A stretch of DNA of 62,282 nt, the filler included, from Sluysia triapertura (lineage: Eukaryota): the NCBI GenBank assembly GCA_046118255.1. It is 5 parts of 5 records of this genome, joined end to end, with 100 filler letters (N's around TTAATTAATTAA, not from the genome) between each part and the next. Parts side by side here need not be neighbours in the genome. Positions count along the whole stretch, not along the records: positions 36,882 to 48,780 come from JBJNIA010158934.1; positions 48,881 to 62,282 come from JBJNIA010042134.1; 3 more parts are not named here. One strand, 5' to 3'. Shown piece after piece: positions 41,193-52,940 of this stretch. Position numbers and translations under genes: made by a program. How positions within the stretch are numbered: position 1 is the stretch's first letter; each line of letters starts with the position of its first letter. The notes under the pieces are model-generated. The model worked only from the letters and a program-made list of their open reading frames with translations. It was not told the DNA's origin and did not search any database.

Positions 41193-41682
41193 AAGATTAA
41201 AGTAATTTAATTAATAAAATATTTAAAATATATTAAACACAAAAAATAAATTAAAAGATAAGCAAATAAATAAATAATAAATAAAATATTATATTACAAA
41301 TATTATATCCAAAGATTATATTATATTATGACTATATAGTTCTTTATGCTATATTTAAACAAAACCCATTATTAAAAATGTATTTATTATATAAACAGTT
41401 ATTTAAATTTGAAATGTCTTTATTTTCCCACTTTGTTATGCACATAAAATTTTCGCAGCATTATATCAATAATAAATTGGTTGCCTGAAAACATGTATAA
41501 TTATGCACAATTAAACTTATCAATATAATATTGACAATTTTTTATAATTTCCTAACAAATAATATTACATAATTTCACACGTTTCTTTCAGATGCAACAG
41601 TTTCTAAAATATATATAAAAGTTAAGCAAATATTTATTTTTTTAATTTTTCAGAAAAGTTGTACAATTTTAGCAAAATACAG

Positions 41683-44600
41683 ATGATTCCTTGGAGAATG
41701 TAAGTTACAATTTTTGTATCGCACCAATATAATTTTTAGTATATCTGTGTTTTTTGCGATAATTATTATCAATGTAACTTACACAAATGGATGGAATAAT
41801 GTAATAAACTTATTTTTTAAATTTCATTATTTTATAGGAATTATTAGATTGTGATAAAGTCTGTACTCCAGATAAATGTAAATGTATAGGACCAGAAGGT
41901 GACAGAGGTTCTCCAGGTCCTCCAGGACCTAACGGACCACTCGGAGAAAAAGGTGATACTGGTCCTCAAGGTCCAATTGGGAGAAGAGGTCCACGAAATA
42001 AGCCAGGAGCAACGGGTTTACAAGGTGTTAAAGGTGAAGTAGGTAAAGTTGGTCAACCTGGAGTCCCAGGTAAAGATGGACCTCAGGGTCATCCTGGAAA
42101 ACAAGGACCAAAAGGATTTCAAGGTTCTATGGGATGTGATGGCGATAAAGGACCTGATGGGGAAAGAGGACCACCGGGACCAGATGGAAAAAGTGGAAAT
42201 CCAGGTCAAAAAGGAAGCAAAGGTCTAAAAGGAGATTTTGGTATTTCAGTTGATGGAGAAGATGGAAAAAAAGGACCTAAAGGACAAACCGGATTTCGAG
42301 GTCCACCTGGTGATGCAGGAGACCTAGGACCTCAAGGTGTTCAGGGCTCTAGAGGACAACCAGGAAATAAGGGACCAAAAGGAAAACGTGGTAAGAAAGG
42401 ACCAAAGGGAAAAGCGATACCTCGTGTTATAGTAGGATCACCTGGAGAACCTGGGGAACAAGGTCCACCTGGTACTGACGGGAAAGATTGCGAATATGCA
42501 GCAACTATTAAAACAATTGTTGGGCAAAAAGGCCCAGTAGGAAATGTTGGAGAAACTGGTGATAAAGGTGATAAAGGTTCACGTGGTGTATCCGGAAAAA
42601 ATGTAAAATTTTTTAATTAATTAAGCACTTAATAGGGAATGGATGGTGAAAGAGGACCAATGGGATCACCTGGAGAAAGGGGATACAAAGGAAAACAGGG
42701 ACCAAGAGGCCTCCGTGGTGAACCAGGTCAAGCTGGGGATCAAGTATTATATTTATGAATCAGTATTATTTTTAGGGAAAACGAGGAACACCTGGCAAAA
42801 GAGGCCCAAAGGGCGAAAGAGGAACAAAAGGAGATAGAGGGATTCAAGGTCAAGAAGGTCCACAAGGACCTAGAGGTGACGTAGGACCACCAGGGGTTTG
42901 TTATTATTAATTTAATCATTTTTATTTTACGCGCAATTTGAAAAACTTCATATTAATTATTTTAAGTAGAATAATTTGATTTAACAAATCAAATTTGACT
43001 TACAAGAACTTTGTATTTTTAAACCTATATTTAGTAAAATATAATTCAACTAATTTAAGTACAGCTTTGCTAAAATGATTTTAAAAAAATTTAAGTTATG
43101 TTTTGAGAAAATATTTGATCAAATGATCTTCATAAGCATCTTAACAAATTCATTAAGCATTTTTTCTAAACAGTTCGTGTTCATTAAACCGAAATTCAAT
43201 ACCTGGGTTAATTCCACTATATTTTGCCTTTTGAATCGTATAATCTTTTGATTATTTTGTGCGTCTTTTTTCTCTTTTTTGTTTTTAAGATTTAATGTTA
43301 ATTTTAATGAACTCAAACAATACTCGGTGTGGATAATTTTATGATCAACAGCAGATACTACCATTTTTTTTAAAAGTCTTATAAGTACTAAATAATGATA
43401 TTAAAATATTTTAGAATGCAAATAACTGTGCTGGTCCAAGAGGACCTAAAGGTGAAAAAGGACTATTTGGTGAAAAAGGCCGTCAAGGATATGAGGGTCC
43501 ACAAGGTTTCCAAGGAGTAAATGGTGAACCAGGAGAACGAGGTGAACAAGGCCCTAGAGGTCCTCTTGGTCCAGCTTGTGAAGCCGGTATGCAAGGACCT
43601 CAAGGATCTCAAGGTGATGTGGGTTTACCAGGTAAACCAGGTCCAGATGGACCGGAAGGATTACCAGGTGATAAGGGTTTAGCAGGGCCTGAGGGACCTC
43701 CGGGAATTCCAGAAGATGGTGAAGAAGGTGATGTTGGACCAGTGGGATCACGAGGTCCACCTGGTGACGATGGAGAACCTGGTGAACCTGGAGATAAGGG
43801 AGAAACTGGTGTAGGTATTGAAGGTGAAAGAGGACAACGTGGTGATTCGGGAGATAAAGGCGAACTTGGTCATGATGGTTGTGATGGCAAAAGAGGAGAA
43901 CCCGGAGAAACTGGTGATTCAGTTCCAAAATGTAGAGCGTGTGAACCTGGAGATGAAGGCTTTCTAGGACAAACAGGAAGTAGAGGTAAACCAGGTAAGC
44001 CCGGCCAAGATGGAAAAAATGGAGCAACTGGTGAACAAGGTCCAAGAGGTCCTCAAGGTAAACAAGGACTTCAAGGAAGACCAGGACAAAAAGGACCAAA
44101 TGGGTCAAAAGGATTCAAAGGTTTCCGAGGAGACGATGGTCAGGCGGGTGTAGTTCAACAGATTGCTTTACCCGGTAAGTCTGATTAATTTAAGCTATTA
44201 ATTTAAATACAAAATGTCTATTTAAAACACTAAAAATTAATACAAATAGAGTGCAAAAAATATGAATACAAAATTGAAATAAAATTAGTTCATTGGGATT
44301 ATAAACCAAGGCAATAGAAATCTGGATTTTAAAATTCAATAACTTTAAAGCAAAATTTTTCTATATGGAAATTTTCGTACCAAAGTTATCATTATAATGA
44401 AATGTCATCGATTCTTTAACAATATTAATCGTTTTGAATGCTTTAGTCAGGAATTGTCATTTCCAGTTATTGCTATTAAGTGGCTCAAGTGCTTGTTTAA
44501 GTTTATTATATTGTACTATGCTGGTTATTTTAAATATTAATAAGTTATTAATATTTTAGTTTCAATTGTGTATCATATAAATATTAATGACTAACTTTCT

Positions 44601-47600
44601 TAAATTAAATTATTATTATTATTAAAAATAATTATATATTTTTAGCGGAACCTGGAGAACTGGGTGATAAAGGTCCTAAGGGTCATAAAGGACTTAAAGG
44701 AGATGATGGTGTTGAAGGACCTAAAGGAGTTCCTGGAACAAATGGTAAAGATGGAAAGAATGGGGAAATGGGACTTATTGGTCCACAAGGACCTCAAGGC
44801 GAAAAAGGCTTAGATGGATTCCCAGGCGAAGATGGCAAACCAAGTCAAATATTTAAAGGTGAAAAAGGCGACAAAGGCCCAATAGGGCCAAAGGGTGCAA
44901 AAGGATCAGTTGGTCCACAGGGAATTACTTTAGAATGTAAAGTAAGTACTATAAAACTAAAAGGAGAAAAAGGACTTAAAGGATATAAAGGAGAATCTGG
45001 TGATATTGGAACAGAGGGAATGCGTGGATTAAAAGGTGAACAAGGTCCAAAAGGTGTACAAGGACCCCATGGTATTCGTGGAGATACAGGTATTCAAGGT
45101 CCACCAGGACCTCCAGGTGATAAAGGAGATCAAGGATTCCGTGGTCCTCAAGGAGAGCGAGGAGAAGTTGGTGATCGAGGAGAATCTGGAGATGTAGGAG
45201 AGAAAGGTATTATGGGAACTCAAGGTGAAAAAGGAGACGAAGGTATAAAAGGACCAAGAGGAGAAGATGGAAAATATGATACTGGTGAGAAAGGTGACCG
45301 TGGAGATCAAGGTTTACAAGGACATCCAGGAAAAAAAGGTGAAACGGGTCCATCAGGTTCTAAAGGAGCTCGGGGAGAAAAGGGTAATCGTGGAAACCAG
45401 GGAGTAAATGGTATAAAAGGAGATAAAGGACCTCGTGGAAACAAAGGTAAGAAAGGTATACGAAATGACATTAAAATTAATGGATTCGAAGGTGAAAAAG
45501 GTGATCAAGGTATAGAAGGACCCATTGGTGAAAAAGGACCTATTGGAAATCCAGGAATTTGTACGGAAAAGGGCGAGAAAGGACCGCGTGGATTGAAAGG
45601 TACTTCAGGAGAACAAGGTGATAAGGGAGATTATGGTTTAAAAGGTTTTCGAGGAGCAAAAGGTGAACGTGGTACAAAAGGCAAACCTGGAAGTTTAGGA
45701 CTTAAGGGACTTATGGGAAATATAGGATTAGATGGTGAAATAGGATCAGAAGGAGATAAAGGTGAAAGAGGAACTCATGGACCGATGGGAGAACGAGGAC
45801 CAAAGGGAGAAAATGGTTTAAAAGGACATCGTGGAAGCCAAGGTATCAAAGGTATTGCGGGGGAAATGGGTAAACAAGGAGAACAAGGTGAGTCTATTCC
45901 TGGAAGAAAAGGTGATGTTGGTGATAAGGGTCTAATTGGTAATAGAGGACATCATGGTATACAAGGAAGAGATGGAGAGCAAGGTGATCAAGGAGAAAAT
46001 GGAGATTCTATTCAAGGTCAAGATGGCGAACAAGGTGATAAAGGTTTTCATGGACCTCAAGGAGATAAAGGACCACAAGGATATCATGGTGATAAAGGCC
46101 TAGATGGACCAAAAGGTGAGGAAGGACCTAGTGGTGATAAAGGGCCTAAAGGTAAGCGAGGTAATCCTGGAACACAGGGTACAGATGGCAACGAAGGTAT
46201 AATTGGACAAAAAGGTCAAAAAGGATCTAAAGGACCAAGAGGCGAGCAAGGAGAAGAAGGTGCAAAAGGTGAAAGAGGTGAAGATGGAAAAGCTATTCCA
46301 GGTGAACCCGGAGAAAGAGGTCCCCATGGTCTAAAAGGATCACAAGGTTTTCCTGGACCTGCAGGATTAAAAGGAGATAAGGGAAATAAAGGTATAAAAG
46401 GAATTAAAGGAAAAGTTGGTGATAAGGGAAATGTTGGTTCTCGTGGTAACATTGGATTTCAAGGTTCTAAGGGAGTACAAGGCAAAAAAGGCGAAAGAGG
46501 AGATCAAGGAGAAAAAGGTGAAACTGGACCAGATGGAGAAGCAGGACTAAAAGGAACAAAAGGTATTCAGGGACCTAAGGGATTTCCAGGCAAAACGCCG
46601 GTTTGTCCTCCAGGAGAAAAAGGACCAAAAGGCGTCAGGGGACCACAGGATTCAGAAGGAGAAACAGGTGATGTTGGAATTCCAGGAATTGTAGGTGAAA
46701 AAGGACCAAAAGGAGACAAAGGTGATACAGTTATTGGACCACAAGGATTACAAGGTGAAATGGGATCAAAAGGTGATAAAGGTCCTCAAGGACCACGTGG
46801 TGATCAAGGTGAACATGGTAAACCTGGTAAACCAGGCCCCCAAGGAGATAAAGGTGATCAAGGATCACAAGGATCTAAAGGAGAAAGAGGTTTACAAGGA
46901 GAAAAAGGAAGGAAAGGTGACCAAGGACCACGAGGTGACAAAGGACTTAATGGTCCCGTGGGTGATCATGGTGAAAAAGGTAACCAAGGTCAAAGAGGAG
47001 ATGAAGGATCAATCGGTAATAAAGGTATTCGAGGTCCAGAGGGCGAAACTGGGGATGAGGGAGCAATGGGTGACCAAGGAGAAAAGGGAGAAAAAGGAAA
47101 ACCAGGAAAATCAATTACTGGTCGAAAAGGACCTAAAGGGCTTGAAGGTCCTATTGGAGAAGAAGGTAAAGATGGTGATGCTGGTAGAGATGGAGACATT
47201 GGACCAATTGGTGATAAAGGAGATAAGGGAATAACCGGTCCACCAAATCCAATACGCGGACCTCGTGGAGACAAGGGAGAGAGAGGGCCTCAAGGACTTC
47301 GAGGATTACAAGGTCCTCCAGGAGAGGATGGTCCAATGGGAGCTGCTGGAGTATCGGGAGAATCTGGACATTGGGGAATTGATTATGCAGGATTTTTGTA
47401 CACTGTTCACTCTCAATCAACCGAAATTCCGACTTGTCCAGCTGGTGAAATGATGTATTCTGGTTATAGCTTATTTGGTGTTTCTTCTCGTTCAGCAAAT
47501 ACTCCAACTGATCTCGGAGAACCAGGATCTTGTGTAAAAAAATTCAATCCAGTATTCATAGCTACTACTACTAATACAACCTTCAATGTTAATATACGTC

Positions 47601-48286
47601 AGCCTATATCGCTTTGGTTGTCTGTATTAGAAAATCATTTGATGATGGGAGTTGATCCACAGGAAGCCAAGAAACACGTTTCAAGGTGCGCTGTATGTAA
47701 ATCCGATTCACGTGTAATGGCATTCCATTCACAAAGTTCACACAGTAATTCAGCAACTTGTTTGGAAGGATGGAAAAAATTATGGACTGGATACAGTAAC
47801 ATTGGGGTTAATATTGAATATTTTAGAAATAAACGATACAATAATAATATTAAAGGATTAAAATTTAAATAAAATCAACATTTTAATCAAAAATTTTAAT
47901 AGAACTAATAAAACACTGGCAATAATAATAATACATAATAATAATGAATGATATTAGTAATAATAATGATAATTTAGGCTGTAATGGATCGTGATTCGTC
48001 GTTTTCGCAACCTCTGTCGTCACCAGGAAGTTGTTTACAAAATTTTCAATCAATGCCAGTATTAGAATGTAACAATAATCGTGGTTATTGCAATCATTAC
48101 AAAGCTGTGTCATTTCAATACTTAGCATCTGTGACAGTTCATGAACAATTTGTAAAACCAACTGGTAAAAATATGAAAACATTAAATGAACAATTACAAG
48201 GTGTTTCCCGTTGTGCCGTGTGTCAAAAAGATATGATGGATGATAGTGATTTTAAAGTCTTTCAAATTCAAGAAAAATTACATTAG
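41683..48286 (+). CDS. COL4A: Type IV collagen alpha chain, complete (signal peptide, 7S, interrupted Gly-X-Y, NC1), about 1766 aa
   Basis: Eight phase-compatible exons total 5301 nt: 41683-41699, 41740-41800, 41838-42602, 42636-42743, 42776-42895, 43415-44174, 44646-47806 and 47978-48286. They encode a hydrophobic signal ([23 protein letters not shown]), a Cys-rich 7S start ([12 protein letters not shown]), a long Gly-X-Y region with interruptions, and two C4 repeats (HSQ..CP..GYS..PGSC..SRCAVC twice). The alpha1 versus alpha2 class is not resolved. Confidence 0.95.
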
Positions 48287-48780
48287 ATTTATAATGTTAA
48301 ATTTACAGTTTTAATGTTAAATGCTCTTGGTTTTTAGTGATTATTAAAATGTGTATTATTATTGTTATTACTATATATAAGTTAAAAATATTGTTTTGTA
48401 ATGTTAGATTTATTTATTTTTATAATGTATTTATTTTCAAAAAATTCTCTAGACTCGTAACAACTTATCTTATGTCAATATAATTCGATTGGCAAATATA
48501 CTTATTATTTTTCTTTCTCAATCTATATCTATCTACTAAATATTAAATGTATTATCGATATTAAGAGATCGGAGTTCTTATACTCGTTCCGATGTTCGGG
48601 AATGGAAGCGCTAATGGTTGATTTGTCAAAAAGAAATTCTTTATAGCAATTTTATCCTCAGACAAACAAATTAACTAACCTATTTATTAATGATTACAAA
48701 AAGTAAAAATTTTTGCTATAAAATTTAATCCAAAATAAAATACAATTACTTACTTTTATATAATCAATTGTAGGAAACAC

Positions 48781-48880
48781 NNNNNNNNNNNNNNNNNNNN
48801 NNNNNNNNNNNNNNNNNNNNNNNNTTAATTAATTAANNNNNNNNNNNNNNNNNNNNNNNNNNNNNNNNNNNNNNNNNNNN
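48781..48880. other. Artificial contig linker N44-TTAATTAATTAA-N44
   Basis: Same 100-bp linker. Confidence 0.97.

Positions 48881-48938
<58 letters not shown>
48881..48938 (+). repeat. (AAT)n microsatellite at the contig end
   Basis: Direct read. Confidence 0.9.
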
Positions 48939-50712
48939 TCAATTATAAGCAAATAAAACGGCCTCTTATTTACTCACTAAAATAATCAAGTAGTTGCCAA
49001 ACCAATTATATGCACATTGTTTTCATACTCTGCTAATATGCATACGATTGGCTATAAAAATTACTTAATAAAAGTAAAGCTAAATATACAAATAACACAC
49101 AGTAACACATTTGTACCGTCTACAACCATAAGTCACTGAATCGTATTTAAATTAATAAGCGACTGTCAATATTGTACCACGGCATAATTCTACCCTTTCC
49201 CGATATAGTACTGGTGTTTTCAGCAGATTTATAATATTTCCATTCGCTGCCGAATGATTAAATATTTTACTTTAAGCAATAAGCGAAACTTGTACATCAT
49301 TGGGGATTGGCATTTATGAAAAATGATTACAGCATTAAGACACTATGATCGTTTGGTGCGAATTGCAAAAGAATCCAGAGAAGATGAAATTTGTTGGTAG
49401 TCATTGCTATTGTATATGATTATGAGTTACATTGATCTTTTCATGGCAAACCATGTTTCTAATGTTGAGTGCGAAAAACTACACTATTTAGATTTAATTA
49501 TTAACGAATTCAAAACTAAACTAGAATTAGTAATTGTATTAATTGGGAAACATTTAATGGCAATGATGAATTGATCTGTACTTTGGATTATATCGCGAAA
49601 TCAATTAATGTAATTTGAGATTTAAAATATGAAAGATGAAAAATTTTTATTTACATTACGATTTATTCGTGTGGTTTTTTACAGTCATGAAAAATGCGTA
49701 CTGATCAAGAATAAAAACCATGCAAAAAATTCCAGATAAGAAAATGAATTTATTAAATCATTAGAAAAAAATTATCTTGGTCTCAATTCCACGTTCGAAG
49801 AAGCTTGGTGATTTTTGGTCGACAAATCCACGTTGATATTGCTTCTTCGTTTTCAAATGTGAGACCAAAATGATGGTTCGAAATGAAGCGGAAAAAATGA
49901 AAATCTGTAGACGCCGAAAATGTTAATTTTTATCTACCTGACACTCCATTTTAATGAAAGTGAAATTTAGTCTAAAATGATTTAAATAGATAATTCAGCT
50001 GCTTGAATGTAACGCAAATTAATTAAAACAAGAAGTTTGTGTGTTTTCTTTACTACACACATTAAGTTTGTCCTTAATGAATTTTCGTATTACTTCAAAG
50101 GCTAATAAAATATTATTGAAGTCAATGAAATGACACGAATTAAGTTTACAAAAATAATAATACAATTCTATAAAATTTTTCAAGTAAAGTCATGCAGAAA
50201 AGCTAGAATTATTACTACCACATTCTATACAAAATATTTAATGTTTTAAAAGGAACATTAACTTATTACTTTCTTTGGAATCTTCGTCTTTAAGATACCA
50301 TTACGTTAAATGTCCATTAAGTTTGCTTCAACAACTTATAATATGCATTATAATAGCCAACTCATATTAACATTTTGAAAACACATGTGGAACACTATCT
50401 TTTCAGCGCGGACACCCTACGACTAGTTTCTTCCCTTTACACTCCGCCTTTCGGAAGGGGTCTCACAAATTATCAAACATAAAAACATTTATAAACATTC
50501 AATACAAAGCATTTACAAGCTCAACACAACACAATTCTTATTTCTTTTCACATTACATCCTCAATACTTCTTCACACCTGATTATAATTATAATTATTAT
50601 AATTATTATTATTACTGCTTTCTTGAAATGCCTTTGAGACTATTTGGAACTTAATGGCAAGACTAATTAATGACATAATGACTTAATAAAGAATCTTGAA
50701 TACAAATGTTAC

Positions 50713-52871
50713 TTGTAATTTATCGATTGATAACACTCGCTTATCCAAGCCATCGATGGCATTGTTCGGAGGTCTCCGTGACTATGGAAATATAGCAGAA
50801 CATAATTTTCATCTTCCATAGATTCCAAATGTTTCATCAAATACCTAAATAAAGGAAACATTAAAACAGTTTGAAACACAAAGTTTAAAAATTAAACAAT
50901 TAATTTATTTGATTTAAAGTATAATAAAATTATTAAAAAGAACAATTTTTCGACATTCCTCGATATGATCCAAATGTATTGGGATAAAAGTGCAAAATAA
51001 ATCGTTTCACTGAGATGATGATGGCTTAGAGAGGCGATCCTAGAAGAAAAATAATGATACAAGTTGAAACTCAATTTCAAAACTCCAAGAAACTCTGTTT
51101 AGACCTTTATAAGTTAAAAATGTTAAATAAGAATTGAATGAGTTACAAAGAAGTTTCTAAAGAAAGCTTCACAATAATAAAATAAGCAAATAAATATTAA
51201 GAAATCATGCAAGGTAAATGTTGTTTGGATATTTTTGCTATCTTTAGTCAACTGAAACAAATAAAACATCGTTATTTGACTGTTCTTTGGCTTGATGTTC
51301 GATTTCCTCATGCATATGATCGCTAATATAATTTAGAAGAATATAATTATCTTATTGGTTTATTTTAAAGCTGACCAATTAAATTTCAAGGTATACGCTT
51401 TACATTATTGACATTATTCATGTCTCTTATTACTGTCTTTTATATATTTTGTTTAAATGGATACCTCACACACCACCTCTAGCATTGCAAGTAAATTTTC
51501 AAACTTCTATAAACAAACTATAAATTTGCATTTAATTATTCATCATCCTATTTCTATTATCTTAATTGTCACATCGATATCTATATACATCGTTCTTAAT
51601 TATTTCATATTAAAATTAAATATTTAATTTAATCTTTATTTATTTTCAGAATTTCATAATTAAATTAAATTTTGGATTTACTGAAAATTAATTGCTTTTA
51701 TTTCCAAGAAAATATTCATCACTTTCATAATAATTAATTATCATATTATGCCGAATCGTACTATATAGATTGTTACTATTTGATTAAATGAGTCATAATT
51801 TTTTAAAAAATAATTAACAATTCAAAAATCCAAGTACTGTTTCAGTTTTGGGATGAAGTGAATGCCACACTTAGAAAATCATCCATGATAAGAAAACTTC
51901 AAATTTAAAGCATTCACTCGATAGAGTTTTGAATAATCGTTTAAAAGTACTAGTAATGGTGATAATATCATGCTTATTAGTGGTATTTCAAATAAATCAG
52001 TAGTTGTTACATTTTTATCGATTTTTGTTGTCAAGACTTAAATGAACTTTGGTGTCACTTGACAAAAAATAAAATGAAGTTTCATTTGTGTCTCTAAAGT
52101 CATATGAGTTTAATATTTATTTCAGAATGATCTTAGATAATCACTTAATTTTTGTAATATTAAATTTTAAACGCCATCTTTACTTATTCAATGTTTGTGA
52201 TACTTTTAATGGAAAACATTTATTAAATATTCGATAGCTCTTTGCGTGTGTCAACCACAACTACATAATTATAAAGTACCAGTGCTTTAACATTTGGTCA
52301 GGAAAAAGAAGGATCTTTTACTCGATTTTTTGCATGCCAGGGCAAATCAATGTTTAACTTAATTTATGAAAGATCTTGAAAATCATTGAAAAATCTTCAG
52401 TAATAAAAATGGTCACAATAATAAATAAATGCAAATGATGAGTCATTAGAGAAGTTTGAATTCAAAATGAACATGGAACAAAATATTAATTGTATTGTTA
52501 AAAAGTGCAAAACTTATTAATAAAGATGCAGCTAATCAGACTGTTCATTCATTGATAAGATGTTGTACTCAATTCCAACTTGCAATTTCTATTAAATTAA
52601 TCAGAAAATAAAAACGAGAGATCTCACATAACCAGTGGTGAGCTATGAAAGTTTTAACAAGGCGCTCGCTCTCTTTTTTTCTCGAGAATCGTATGAACTA
52701 GTACTCTAGCAATCTGTCACTGCCACTGGCATATAAAAAAACAAGATAATGTTACTTAAATTGTTTATTTTATACAAAAAAACAACAATATTATATTAAT
52801 AAGGACAGAACAAACAATGCAATAGAATAAAATAAAGAAAAAATATGCCATTTGTAAAAAATAACTAAAAG

Positions 52872-52940
<69 letters not shown>

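Noticed and set aside
42018-47841. Antisense and alternative-frame ORFs over the collagen gene (e.g. 43554-44108, 46216-46452, 46695-47234, 46990-47274)
   Set aside because: Shadow ORFs produced by the Gly-X-Y codon periodicity.
52632-52728. CAGTGG...CCACTG mini hAT element
   Set aside because: Only 6-7 bp of inverted match and no identical 8-bp target-site duplication.
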